From NCBI GenBank assembly GCA_038103905.1, contig JAYNZW010000004.1, forward strand, positions 39,658-103,657: a stretch of 64,000 nt of DNA, read 5' to 3'. The DNA comes from Pelagibacteraceae bacterium (GTDB lineage Bacteria > Pseudomonadota > Alphaproteobacteria > Pelagibacterales > AG-422-B15). Made by a program: the position numbers and the translations under genes. The notes beneath the pieces were generated by a model. That model made no database searches, was not told the origin of the DNA, and saw only the letters and a program-made list of their open reading frames with translations. Position 1 is the stretch's first letter, and the number at the start of each line of letters is the position of its first letter. Positions 1 through 9,565 of the stretch are shown here, piece after piece.

Positions 1-79
1 GGATATCCGGAGTCGAACCGGAACGCCCGAGGGCACCAGATTTTGAGTCTGGCGCGTCTACCAATTCCGCCATATCCCC
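1..79 (-). tRNA. tRNA-Leu (anticodon CAA), 3' end truncated by window edge
   Basis: The reverse complement folds as a class II tRNA. Acceptor GGGGATA; D-arm GCG-GAATTGGTAGA-CGC; anticodon stem CCAGA/TCTGG with loop CTCAAAA (anticodon CAA). It has a long variable arm TGCCCTCGGGCGT and T-arm TCCGG-TTCGACT-CCGGA. The last 2-3 nt of the acceptor stem lie outside the window. Confidence 0.9.
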
Positions 80-170
80 ATTATTTACACATTTAATAGA
101 CTATACTTTCATAAGAAATAAAAGTTTAAAATTATTTCTGTGCTAATATATATATTAAATATTCTTCATT

Positions 171-779
171 ATGTTTAGAAAATTCTATTTTAGCTCAAAA
201 AATTATCTACTTAATAAAACATCTCAATTTACTGAAAGTAAAATAGCATACCCATTTATATTTATATTATGTTTCACTGAGTCAATCATTTTCCCATTCC
301 CTCAAGAAATTTTTATGATACCCATGATGGCCTCAAATAAAGAGAGGATATTTAAAATCGCAGGTTTTGCACTCTTAGGATCATTACTTGGTGCCATAGT
401 TGCCTACCTAATAGGATTATACTTATTTGAGAGCTTAGGCAGATATATATTGGACTTATATAATTTGAATGAATCCTTTCTCAATTTTTCTGATCAGGTT
501 GCGAATTATGGATTCATATATGTTTTTATTGGAGGTTTTACTCCAGTACCATTTAAAATTATAACACTATCAAGTGGCTTTATGGGTATCAATTTTTTAA
601 TTTTTATAACGGCTAGTTTGATTTCAAGATCAATACGATTTTTTTTAATTGGATATATAATTTGGAAATACGGAGAAGTTTTTATGCAGACTTTTGAAAA
701 AAGATTAAACACTTACTTAATTATATTCCTTATTCTAACATCATTTGTTATTCTTTTTTTAAATGGATTTAGACTATAA
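171..779 (+). CDS. YqaA/DedA-type (SNARE-associated domain) membrane protein
   Basis: 202-aa multi-TM ORF. The N-terminal FTESIIFPFPQE-type motif and its size fit the YqaA/DedA family. Confidence 0.55.
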   Translation: MFRKFYFSSKNYLLNKTSQFTESKIAYPFIFILCFTESIIFPFPQEIFMIPMMASNKERIFKIAGFALLGSLLGAIVAYLIGLYLFESLGRYILDLYNLNESFLNFSDQVANYGFIYVFIGGFTPVPFKIITLSSGFMGINFLIFITASLISRSIRFFLIGYIIWKYGEVFMQTFEKRLNTYLIIFLILTSFVILFLNGFRL

Positions 780-1248
780 AAATATATTCAAAATTAATTT
801 AATAATATCAGCTTTGGTAATTCTAGCTGTATATATATTGCAATATATTTTTAATTTAGCCCCATGTGAAATGTGTATCAAAGAAAGGTACCCCTATTAT
901 ATTATAGTGGTATTAAGTTTATTATTTTTTTTAATCAAAAGAAAATCGCTTGATTTCCTGCTTTTAATTTTTACTTCTCTGACAATTTTCATTGGAACCA
1001 TTTATACAATGAAACATGTAGGAATTGAGAGGAAACTAATTGAAGGACAAACTGCATGTTCTTCAATCTCTGATGTATCAAATACAAATGATTTATTATC
1101 AATTATTCAAAATGCACCAATAATTCGATGTGATGAACCGACTTTAATTTTAAATATAATTTCACTTGCAGAATTAAATTTAATTACTATGTCTGTATTA
1201 TTGATGTTAAATTTAACCTGTATCTACTACAATGCACGCAAAAGATAA
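763..1248 (+). CDS. dsbB: DsbB-family disulfide bond formation protein
   Basis: 161-aa 4-TM ORF. It has a periplasmic-loop CxxC (APCEMC) after TM1 and a second Cys pair (ACSS...IRCDEP) in the second loop. Confidence 0.6.
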   Translation: MDLDYKNIFKINLIISALVILAVYILQYIFNLAPCEMCIKERYPYYIIVVLSLLFFLIKRKSLDFLLLIFTSLTIFIGTIYTMKHVGIERKLIEGQTACSSISDVSNTNDLLSIIQNAPIIRCDEPTLILNIISLAELNLITMSVLLMLNLTCIYYNARKR

Positions 1249-1750
1249 AATAATTGAAAGAATTGTAAGAGTTGATCAGGCTGGTGAAATAGGTGCTCAG
1301 AAAATATATGACGGTCAAAAAGCGGTTTTCAAACTTCTAAAAAATAATAAAGAATATAAAGTATTCTCAGAAATGGCTGATGAAGAAAAAAAACACTTAG
1401 ATTTTTTCAATAAAATTGCAAAAGAGAAAAAAATAAGACCTACAAGACTTGCGCCCTTATTTGACATTGGTGCCTTTGCAATGGGAGTTGGAACTGCCCT
1501 TTTGGGGCCACGAGCAGCTTACGTATGTACTGAAGCTGTTGAAGAAATCATAGAAGAACACTACAACAAACAAATAGATCAACTAGAAGATATTGATGAG
1601 GATCTAAGAAAAAAAATAAAACAATTTAGAGATGATGAAATCAATCATAAAAACACAGGAATAAATGAAGGTAAAAATCATCATCCTTTTTTAAGAAAAT
1701 TAATTAATAGAACTACTGAAGCAGCGATTTTTTTTGCTGAGCGAAGTTAA
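1232..1750 (+). CDS. coq7: Demethoxyubiquinone hydroxylase, Coq7 family (di-iron)
   Basis: 172 aa. The N-terminal RVDQAGEIGAQKIYDGQ motif and EExH-type di-iron ligand motifs (EEKKH, EEIIEEH) are typical of COQ7. Confidence 0.8.
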   Translation: MHAKDKIIERIVRVDQAGEIGAQKIYDGQKAVFKLLKNNKEYKVFSEMADEEKKHLDFFNKIAKEKKIRPTRLAPLFDIGAFAMGVGTALLGPRAAYVCTEAVEEIIEEHYNKQIDQLEDIDEDLRKKIKQFRDDEINHKNTGINEGKNHHPFLRKLINRTTEAAIFFAERS

Positions 1751-1755
1751 AAAAA

Positions 1756-2313
1756 TTATTTTTCGAGTTGGATATCCCAATAAAGAAAATCCATCCAACT
1801 TTCATGTAAAAAATTTGGAGGAAATGATCTTCCACATTTGTCTAAATCACTCATAGTTGGAATTTTTGGAAAATTATAGGGTTTCATTCCTGATTTTGAT
1901 AAACTCTTTCCACCTTTTTTAACATTACATGATGAACAAGCTGTTACTATATTTTGCCAAGTCGTTTCACCGCCACTTGATCTAGGTATTAAATGGTCAA
2001 AAGTTAAATCTTTACTTGAACCACAGTACTGACATTGAAATTTATCTCTGAGAAAAACATTAAAGCGAGAGAAGATTGGATTACGATTAGGTTTGATATA
2101 ATTTTTTAAACTAATGACACTTGGAACATTCATTTCAAAACTTGGACTTCTAATTTGTCGAGAATAGTTAGCAACAATATTTACACGATCTAAAATCACA
2201 GCTTTTATGCTATCTTGCCATGACCATAGTGAGAGAGGATAATGCGAAAGGGGTCTAAAGTCAGAATTCAAAACTAAAGCAGGACACTGTTCTAATGGCA
2301 TAAATGAACTCAT
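1756..2313 (-). CDS. Stand-alone HNH endonuclease family protein
   Basis: HNH core CQYCG...LTFDHLIPRSSGG...WQNIVTACSSCNVKKG. I prefer the ATG at 2313 (MSSFMPLEQ) over the TTG at 2334 used by the ORF track. Confidence 0.75.
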   Translation of the reverse strand: MSSFMPLEQCPALVLNSDFRPLSHYPLSLWSWQDSIKAVILDRVNIVANYSRQIRSPSFEMNVPSVISLKNYIKPNRNPIFSRFNVFLRDKFQCQYCGSSKDLTFDHLIPRSSGGETTWQNIVTACSSCNVKKGGKSLSKSGMKPYNFPKIPTMSDLDKCGRSFPPNFLHESWMDFLYWDIQLEK

Positions 2314-2369
2314 ACTTAATAATATATGTATCAAGTAAAAAAAATCAAAATTAAATATTTATGAATTAC

Positions 2370-3026
2370 TTATTCTTTTAAAAAATTTGCTGATAAAAAC
2401 TTAATTGCTATTTCTAATCCATCTTGAGCTATAGAGTGAGGTGTATTCGGAGATATATGTGACTGAACATCAACATTTAAATCCTCTAGTATTTTAGCGG
2501 CATTTATAGTGTCACTAAAAGGTACCATTGGGTCTTGATCTCCATGTATCAAATAAATTGGGGGTCTTGATCTAATTTCATCAGCCAGAGTATCCTCTCT
2601 GATTAATCTTCCAGAGAAACCAACAATAGAACTCATTTTTAGTTTTCTTCTTAAGCCTACATGAAGAGATATCATAGTACCTTGACTGAAACCTACTAAT
2701 GATAGGTTTTCATCTGTTAAGTTGAGTTCATTTAATTTATGGTCAATAAATTTATTTAGAGTCTCGCCTGCATCATTTACTTTTTTCCAAATTAATTCAG
2801 GATCATTTGAAGTAAAATCAAACCATTGATATCCCATCGGATTCATTGGACATGCTTCAGGCGCATTTGGAGAAATAAAAAAGGCATCTGGCAAAGCCTG
2901 CTGAAAATAATTTGCAAGCCCAATGAGATCATTGCCATCAGCGCCGTAACCATGACAAAAAATCACTAATTGCTTTGCTTGGTTGCCACTTAAAGGGTGT
3001 ACGGAAGGTCCATCAATTAGTGACAT
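2370..3026 (-). CDS. Alpha/beta hydrolase, phospholipase/carboxylesterase (acyl-protein thioesterase-like, Abhydrolase_2) family
   Basis: 218 aa. Nucleophile elbow GFSQG, acid in HGDQD, and His in TPHSI. Its start codon abuts the ecm stop codon (3026/3027). Confidence 0.75.
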   Translation of the reverse strand: MSLIDGPSVHPLSGNQAKQLVIFCHGYGADGNDLIGLANYFQQALPDAFFISPNAPEACPMNPMGYQWFDFTSNDPELIWKKVNDAGETLNKFIDHKLNELNLTDENLSLVGFSQGTMISLHVGLRRKLKMSSIVGFSGRLIREDTLADEIRSRPPIYLIHGDQDPMVPFSDTINAAKILEDLNVDVQSHISPNTPHSIAQDGLEIAIKFLSANFLKE

Positions 3027-4982
3027 TTATAACTCGTTCTCAACTATTGAAACTATGTCACTCATTATATCTGACATTTGATAATTCTTGGGTGTATAGA
3101 CTGCTTTGACTCCATTTTGTAAAAGTATTTTTTCATCTTCAACTGGAATGATCCCACCAACAATAACTGGGATATTGTCAATTTTATTTTTTTTAAGTTC
3201 TTTCATTATTTCTGATACAAGCTGAATATGTGAGCCAGATAATATAGACAAACCTATAATATGAACATCTTCTTCAACTGATGACTTAACAATTTGTTCC
3301 GGTGTTAAACGAATACCTTCATAAAGCACATCCATACCACAATCACTTGCACTTACAGCAATCTGCTCAGCACCACTGGAATGACCATCAAGTCCTGGTT
3401 TTCCGACTAAAAATTTGATACGGCGGCCTATTTTTTTTGATATATTGTCAACTCGTTTTATGATTTCAGAATAGTCATTAATAGAAACACTTTTAATATT
3501 CTGATTAATGCCTGTGGGAGCTCTAAACTCGCCATAAATATCTCTTAGAGTATCAGTCCATTCACCTGTTGTAACACCGACTTTAGCAGCATGAATTGAA
3601 GCTTCCATAATATTTTGATCAGACTCGGCTGCTTCTTTTAATTTTGCTAACGCTTCTGTAACAGCATTGTTATCTCTATCTTTTTTCCACTGATTGAGTG
3701 ATTTTATCTGAAGATCTTCAACTGAAGAGTCAATTGTTTCTATTCCACTATCATTTGCAGTTAATGGTGATGTTTCTGTTTCAGTATACTTATTAACCCC
3801 AACTACAACTTGCTTTCCATCGATGATGTTTTGAATTCTCTCTTTGTTTGAATTGACAAGCTGTTGCTTCAAATAACTATTCTCTATACCAACAACAGCT
3901 CCTCCAATAGATTGAATATAATCAAATTCTTTTTTTGCCTCGGCTTTCATTTCATTAACTTTTTCATCAATTACTTTTGAGCCATTGAATAAGTCTTCAA
4001 ATTCTAAAAGATCAGTTTCATATGCAAGTATCTGTTGTAATCTAAGTGACCACTGTTGATCCCAAGGGCGCGGCAACCCTAAGGCTTCATTCCAAGCGGG
4101 AAGCTGTACAGCTCGAGCTCTAGCATCTTTTGATAGAACGACAGCCATCATTTCAATCAATATTCTATAAACATTGTTTTCAGGCTGCTGCTCAGTTAAG
4201 CCTAAGCTGTTTACCTGAACTCCATATCTAAACCTTCTATTCTTTGGATTTTTTACACCATATCTTTCTTGAGTAATTTCATCCCATAGATCTACAAAAG
4301 CTCTCATTTTACACATTTCAGTAATAAATTTGATTCCTGAGTTTACGAAAAAACTTATTCGACCAACTACATTTTCAAATTCTTCAGAACTTAATACGTC
4401 AGCTTCTTTAACTCTATCAAGATAAGCAACAGCAGTACTGAGTGCAAAAGCTAATTCTTGCACAGGTTTTGCACCAACTTCCTGTAAATGATATGAACAT
4501 ATGTTTACAGGATTCCACTTGGGTAATTCTTTATAAGTATAGGTAATCATATCAGAAATTAATCGAAGACTAGGAGCTGGTGGAAATACGTGAGTACCTC
4601 TGGATAAATATTCTTTTATAATATCATTTTGAGTTGTTCCTTGGAGCTTGTTTCGTTCGATCCCTTGTTCATCTGCTAGAGCTATATAAAGACTCAATAG
4701 CCATGCAGCTGTTGCATTGATAGTCATTGATGTATTCATCTGATCAAGAGGAATTTTATTAAATAAAACTCTCATGTCTCCAATATGACTTATTGGAACT
4801 CCAACTTTGCCTACTTCACCAGAAGCTAGAATATGATCGCTGTCATACCCAGTCTGAGTAGGAAGATCGAAAGCTATCGACAAGCCTGTTTGACCCTTTG
4901 CCAAATTCTTTAAGTAAAGTTCGTTTGACTTTTTGGCAGTAGAATGTCCAGCGTAAGTTCTTATTAACCAAGGTTTATCCAT
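3027..4982 (-). CDS. ecm: Ethylmalonyl-CoA mutase (MeaA/Ecm-type fused adenosylcobalamin-dependent acyl-CoA mutase)
   Basis: About 651 aa in a single chain. The N-terminal PWLIRTYAGHSTA..SN.LY.KNLAKGQTGLSIAFDLPTQTGYDSDH matches the Ecm/MeaA type rather than the Mcm type (QYAGFS). The C-terminal B12-binding domain carries DxHxxG (DGHSSG), SGSH and GGIIP. It sits divergent to ccr. ATG at 4982, with an alternative TTG at 4994. Confidence 0.85.
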   Translation of the reverse strand: MDKPWLIRTYAGHSTAKKSNELYLKNLAKGQTGLSIAFDLPTQTGYDSDHILASGEVGKVGVPISHIGDMRVLFNKIPLDQMNTSMTINATAAWLLSLYIALADEQGIERNKLQGTTQNDIIKEYLSRGTHVFPPAPSLRLISDMITYTYKELPKWNPVNICSYHLQEVGAKPVQELAFALSTAVAYLDRVKEADVLSSEEFENVVGRISFFVNSGIKFITEMCKMRAFVDLWDEITQERYGVKNPKNRRFRYGVQVNSLGLTEQQPENNVYRILIEMMAVVLSKDARARAVQLPAWNEALGLPRPWDQQWSLRLQQILAYETDLLEFEDLFNGSKVIDEKVNEMKAEAKKEFDYIQSIGGAVVGIENSYLKQQLVNSNKERIQNIIDGKQVVVGVNKYTETETSPLTANDSGIETIDSSVEDLQIKSLNQWKKDRDNNAVTEALAKLKEAAESDQNIMEASIHAAKVGVTTGEWTDTLRDIYGEFRAPTGINQNIKSVSINDYSEIIKRVDNISKKIGRRIKFLVGKPGLDGHSSGAEQIAVSASDCGMDVLYEGIRLTPEQIVKSSVEEDVHIIGLSILSGSHIQLVSEIMKELKKNKIDNIPVIVGGIIPVEDEKILLQNGVKAVYTPKNYQMSDIMSDIVSIVENEL

Positions 4983-5116
4983 AATTTTCAACAAAAATGC
5001 TAATTTTTAATAATTTGTTTTATTTAAAATGTATATACTAATCTCATTAATTTGGCTATAAACCTCGAAAAAGCTACTTATAAAGCTATATAACATCATA
5101 CTACACAGGAGAAATT

Positions 5117-6352
5117 ATGACGACAGAAGAAAAAGATATCTATGCTATCGGAGAGATACCACCATTAGGATATGTTCCAAAAAAAATGCATGCTTGGGTC
5201 ATCAGAAAAGATAGGCACGGCAATCCACTTCAATCTTTTGTCGAAGAAGAATTTGATATTCCCGAAATAGGTCCTAGTGAAGTTCTTGTTTTTGTAATGG
5301 CTGCCGGTGTTAATTATAACGGTGTTTGGGCTGGACTTGGCAAACCTATATCAGTTCTTGATGTAACAAAAAAAGACTATCACATTGCTGGATCAGATGC
5401 TTCTGGAATAGTTTGGAAAGTTGGATCAGACGTTAAAAGATGGAAAGTCGGTGACGAAGTTGTAATTCATGCAATGACATGGGATCATGAAGATGTCGAA
5501 GTAAACGGTGGAGAGCCAATGCTATCTGAAACAAATAAAGTTTTTGGTTATGAAACCGCGGATGGTACTTTCGCACAATTTACTTCAGTTCAAGCACATC
5601 AATTAATGAAGAAGCCATCTCAGTTAACTTGGGAAGAAAGTGGATGTTATAATTTGACTCTAGTAACAGCCTACAGAATGCTATTCGGTCACTCAGGTAA
5701 TGAGTTAAAACCAGGTGAGTATGTTTTAGTATGGGGTGCATCGGGTGGATTAGGAAGCTTTGCGGTACAATTAGCAAAAACTGTTGGCGCTAAACCAATT
5801 GGTGTCATTTCTGACAACTCTAAAGCTGACTATGTAAAAAAACTTGGCGCAGTTGGGGTTTTGAATAGAAAAGATTTCAATTGTTGGGGTGAACACCCAG
5901 ATATTGATGATGAAGAAGCTTACAATAATTACATGAAGGAAGTAAGAAAATTTGGAAAAGCACTCTGGGAATTTACCGGTAAAGGTAAAAATGTCGATAT
6001 GGTTTTTGAACACCCAGGAGAGTCAACTGTTCCAGTCTCTATGTTTGTTGTTAAAAGAGGCGGTATGGTCGTTATCTGTGCTGGGACAACTGGCTACAAC
6101 CTTACATTAGATGCAAGATACCTATGGATGCACAGTAAAAGACTACAGGGATCACACTTCGGTAATTCTAAACAGGCTAATGCAGCGAATCAGCTAGTAA
6201 GTGATGGTGTTATTGATCCATGTGTCTCAGAAGTATTTAGTTGGGACGGTATTCCGAATGCACATGAAAAAATGATGAACAATGAGCATAAAGCTGGAAA
6301 CATGGCTGTCCTAGTAGGTGCAGCAAAGGAAGGATTAAAATCACTTAATTAA
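5117..6352 (+). CDS. ccr: Crotonyl-CoA carboxylase/reductase
   Basis: 411 aa. Long blocks match my recollection of Rhodobacter Ccr: YAIGEIPPLGYVPKKMHAW, HIAGSDASGIVWKVG..VKRWKVGDEVVIH, WGASGGLGS, NVDMVFEHPGE, VVICAGTTGYN, RLQGSHF and HKAGNMAVLV. An AGGAG RBS lies about 6 nt upstream of the ATG. Confidence 0.9.
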   Translation: MTTEEKDIYAIGEIPPLGYVPKKMHAWVIRKDRHGNPLQSFVEEEFDIPEIGPSEVLVFVMAAGVNYNGVWAGLGKPISVLDVTKKDYHIAGSDASGIVWKVGSDVKRWKVGDEVVIHAMTWDHEDVEVNGGEPMLSETNKVFGYETADGTFAQFTSVQAHQLMKKPSQLTWEESGCYNLTLVTAYRMLFGHSGNELKPGEYVLVWGASGGLGSFAVQLAKTVGAKPIGVISDNSKADYVKKLGAVGVLNRKDFNCWGEHPDIDDEEAYNNYMKEVRKFGKALWEFTGKGKNVDMVFEHPGESTVPVSMFVVKRGGMVVICAGTTGYNLTLDARYLWMHSKRLQGSHFGNSKQANAANQLVSDGVIDPCVSEVFSWDGIPNAHEKMMNNEHKAGNMAVLVGAAKEGLKSLN

Positions 6353-6353
6353 T

Positions 6354-8000
6354 ATGGATAATGTAATTGCGAAATGTCAAGAAGCTCAACAAACTGTTGA
6401 TGCATATTATAATGTTGCAAAAGAACAAGTTAGCAAACTTGTACTTGTTGATGGTAAGATTTCAAAAGATCATTTAAATCAGGAACAGCATGCTGCTCAC
6501 GGTTTAGCTTGGATTGCAACTTATAAAGAGACGCTTCGTGAGATGCTTAATTGGGCAAAAAACCTTGAGTCCGAAAATAGATTTACAGAATACGAAAAGC
6601 TTATTTTGCAAATAATTTTCTCCGAATACTTATGCCAGATTAAAACTGGCATTCCTATGTCACAATTGGAGGCTATACGCCCTCAAGACTTAGGCTTAAA
6701 GAACGGTTTATTTAGTGAAATAGATAACAGCAGCTTCAATGATTTAATACTAAATGGAAATGAAACCAAAGATAGGTTAGAGCTCGCTAATATAGTTCGT
6801 GAAAGCTTATCAAGTAATAATTTTGGAAGCTTAGGACTTGATGAGACGTCTTCAATGATCAGAGATCAATTTAATAAATTCGTAGAAGAACATGTAACTC
6901 CTTATGCTCATGAATGGCACCTTAAGGATGAATTGATCCCAATGTCCGTGATTGAAAAAATGTCCGAATTAGGAATATTTGGTTTAACAATACCTGAAGA
7001 ATATGGTGGCCTAGGAATGAGTAAGCTCGCAATGTGCATTGTAACTGAAGAGCTTGCAAGAGGTTATATAGGTATAGGCTCACTTGGTACGCGTACTGAT
7101 ATCTCATCTGAATTACTTTTAATTGGTGGAACAGAAGAACAGAAACAAAAATGGCTTCCAAAAATTGCTTCTGGTGAAATTTTGCCCACTGCAGTTTTTA
7201 CTGAACCAAACACTGGCTCAGATTTAGCTTCGTTAAAAACTAGAGCTACTGCTAATGGTACTCATTATTCGATTACTGGAAACAAAACTTGGATTACTCA
7301 CGGCGCTAGAAGTGATTTGATGACTCTTCTTGCTAGAACAAATCCAGATGAGAAAGGCTATAAAGGCCTTTCCATGTTCCTTGCTGAAAAAGAAAGAGGT
7401 AGTGACGAAAATATGTTTCCTTCAGAGGGAATGTCTGGTGGAGAGATAGAGGTTCTTGGTTATCGTGGAATGAAAGAGTATGAAATAGCATTCGATGATT
7501 TCAAAGTTAAAAAAGAAAACCTGTTAGGTGGTGAAGAAGGTAAAGGTTTTAAACAGCTTATGGAAACCTTTGAGTCTGCCAGAATTCAAACGGCCGCTAG
7601 AGCTGTTGGAGTTGCTCAATCTTCAATGGAAACTGGTTTGAATTATGCTTTAGATAGAAACCAATTTGGAAAATCTATTTATGAATTCCCAAGAGTTTCA
7701 TCAAAAATAGTCTCTATGGTTACAGAGATAATGGCTGCTCGTCAGTTAACATATTATTCAGCTCGCGAAAAGGATACTGGCAACAGATGTGATGTTGAAG
7801 CAGGTATGGCCAAGCTACTTGGTGCAAGAGTTGCGTGGGCTTGCTCTGATAACTCTCTTCAGATACATGGTGGCAATGGGTTTGCCTTAGAGTACCCTAT
7901 CAGTAGACTTCTTTGTGATTCAAGAATTTTAAATATCTTTGAAGGCGCAGCAGAGATGCAAGCAGAAGTAATTGCAAGACGACTTCTTACTTCAAACTAA
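6354..8000 (+). CDS. mcd: (2S)-methylsuccinyl-CoA dehydrogenase-like acyl-CoA dehydrogenase with N-terminal extension
   Basis: 548 aa. An acyl-CoA dehydrogenase core (from about aa 170) follows an extension of about 170 aa, as in Mcd. It starts 2 nt after the ccr stop, and etfBA lie downstream. Confidence 0.8.
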   Translation: MDNVIAKCQEAQQTVDAYYNVAKEQVSKLVLVDGKISKDHLNQEQHAAHGLAWIATYKETLREMLNWAKNLESENRFTEYEKLILQIIFSEYLCQIKTGIPMSQLEAIRPQDLGLKNGLFSEIDNSSFNDLILNGNETKDRLELANIVRESLSSNNFGSLGLDETSSMIRDQFNKFVEEHVTPYAHEWHLKDELIPMSVIEKMSELGIFGLTIPEEYGGLGMSKLAMCIVTEELARGYIGIGSLGTRTDISSELLLIGGTEEQKQKWLPKIASGEILPTAVFTEPNTGSDLASLKTRATANGTHYSITGNKTWITHGARSDLMTLLARTNPDEKGYKGLSMFLAEKERGSDENMFPSEGMSGGEIEVLGYRGMKEYEIAFDDFKVKKENLLGGEEGKGFKQLMETFESARIQTAARAVGVAQSSMETGLNYALDRNQFGKSIYEFPRVSSKIVSMVTEIMAARQLTYYSAREKDTGNRCDVEAGMAKLLGARVAWACSDNSLQIHGGNGFALEYPISRLLCDSRILNIFEGAAEMQAEVIARRLLTSN

Positions 8001-8003
8001 TTG

Positions 8004-8204
8004 ATGTCGCCGGTCTTTTATTACATTTTAATTCCTATATCTATTGCTGCTGTAGCTTTTGTTCTAGCAACTGGGATTTACAGCATGATGAAGGGAGGAG
8101 AATTTAACAGAAAATACTCAAACAAACTGATGCGACTTAGAATATTATTACAATTTATCGCAATATTGATTATTATGTTGGCAGTTTATTTAGCATCAAG
8201 ATAA
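8004..8204 (+). CDS. HIG1-domain twin-transmembrane-helix small protein
   Basis: 66-67 aa with two TM helices. The loop carries the RxRxxxQ motif (MRLRILLQ) typical of HIG_1_N proteins. It abuts the mcd stop. Confidence 0.7.
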   Translation: MSPVFYYILIPISIAAVAFVLATGIYSMMKGGEFNRKYSNKLMRLRILLQFIAILIIMLAVYLASR

Positions 8205-8209
8205 CAATA

Positions 8210-8773
8210 ATGGTTAAGCTCAATAAGATTTATACTAAAACAGGAGATAAAGGTAAAACGAGCCTAGCTACTGGTAAAAGAGTTTCTAAGGATCATATTA
8301 GAATTAAATCATATGGATCAGTTGATGAACTAAATTCCATTTTAGGTATCGTCAGACATGCTATTTCTAAAAAAAATGTCAAAGTTATTTCAGAAATACA
8401 AAATGATTTATTTGACCTTGGTGCTGACTTAGCAACACCAATTGTATCGAAGCCAAAATTTAAACCTCTCAGAATAACTGAAAAACAAGTACTAAGAATT
8501 GAGAAAAAAATAGATGAATATAACAAGAAGCTAAATCCTTTATCTTCATTCATCTTGCCTGGAGGATCTATGAGTGCGTCATATTTACACAATGCAAGAA
8601 CTGTAGCCAGACGGGCCGAAACAAATATGGTTACTTTAAGTTCAAAAGAAAAGGTTAATCCTTTTGCACTTAAATATATAAACAGACTATCAGATTTATT
8701 TTTTGTACTTTCAAGAGTTGAAAATAATAATGGTAAAAAAGATATCCTCTGGAAGCCTGGCTTGAATACATAA
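8210..8773 (+). CDS. PduO/MMAB-type ATP:cob(I)alamin adenosyltransferase
   Basis: 187 aa. The N-terminal IYTKTGDKGKTSL motif and the overall helical-bundle length fit a PduO-type adenosyltransferase. Confidence 0.85.
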   Translation: MVKLNKIYTKTGDKGKTSLATGKRVSKDHIRIKSYGSVDELNSILGIVRHAISKKNVKVISEIQNDLFDLGADLATPIVSKPKFKPLRITEKQVLRIEKKIDEYNKKLNPLSSFILPGGSMSASYLHNARTVARRAETNMVTLSSKEKVNPFALKYINRLSDLFFVLSRVENNNGKKDILWKPGLNT

Positions 8774-8815
8774 AATTCATTGATATATTAATAAAAATAG
8801 ATTATCCGTAATGCT

Positions 8816-9565
8816 ATGAAAATTTTAGTACCTATTAAAAGAGTTATTGATCCCTACGTCAGTATTCGTGTTAAATCTGATAATACTGGGGTTGAAACTG
8901 ATAATGTTAAAATGTCAATGAACCCTTTCTGCGAAATTGCAGTAGAAGAAGCTATTAGATTAAAAGAATCGGGTAAAGCTGAAGAAATTGTTGTTGTTTC
9001 AGTTGGAAATCAATCATGTCAGGAAACAATAAGAACAGCTCTTGCAATGGGCGCTGATCGAGGGATCCATGTTTTAATTGATCAATCTGTTGAACCATTA
9101 TCAATTGCAAAAATATTATCTAAAATAATCGATGAGGAGAAGCCTGGGTTAGTAATTTCAGGTAAACAAGCAATCGATGGTGATAATAATCAAACTGGTC
9201 AAATGCTAGCTGCTTTGACGGATATGCCACAAGGTACCTTTGCATCCAAAATTGAAATTGATGGAGATAAAATTCAAGTCACTCGTGAGATTGATGGAGG
9301 TTTACAAACTATCAAACTAAATATGCCAGCAATAATCACAACTGACTTAAGATTAAATGAGCCTCGATATGCATCACTACCTAATATTATGAAGGCAAAA
9401 AAGAAACCTATCGATCAAAAAACTCCTGATGATTATGGCGTTGACGTTACACCTAGACTAAAAACACTCAAGGTGATCGAACCTCCAAAAAGACAAGCAG
9501 GAATCAAGGTTGAAAATATTTCTGAATTAGTGGAAAAATTAAAAAATGAAGCAGGTGTTATATGA
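8816..9565 (+). CDS. etfB: Electron transfer flavoprotein beta subunit
   Basis: 249 aa with [17 protein letters not shown] and the typical ETF-beta length. It overlaps etfA by 4 nt. Confidence 0.9.
   Translation: MKILVPIKRVIDPYVSIRVKSDNTGVETDNVKMSMNPFCEIAVEEAIRLKESGKAEEIVVVSVGNQSCQETIRTALAMGADRGIHVLIDQSVEPLSIAKILSKIIDEEKPGLVISGKQAIDGDNNQTGQMLAALTDMPQGTFASKIEIDGDKIQVTREIDGGLQTIKLNMPAIITTDLRLNEPRYASLPNIMKAKKKPIDQKTPDDYGVDVTPRLKTLKVIEPPKRQAGIKVENISELVEKLKNEAGVI

Noticed and set aside
240-290. dif-like sequence (…TTTATATTATGTTTCAC…) resembling the TTATGTT arm of the XerCD dif site.
   Set aside because: Only one arm shows partial similarity and the left arm lacks the CGCATAA core. The sequence lies inside a coding region, and AT-rich DNA gives such matches by chance.
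1756-2313. HNH endonuclease as a possible restriction or defence component.
   Set aside because: It has no partner methyltransferase, helicase, ATPase or other defence-type neighbour. It is a short stand-alone HNH protein of a type I recall as widespread in small alphaproteobacterial genomes, flanked by coq7 and an esterase.
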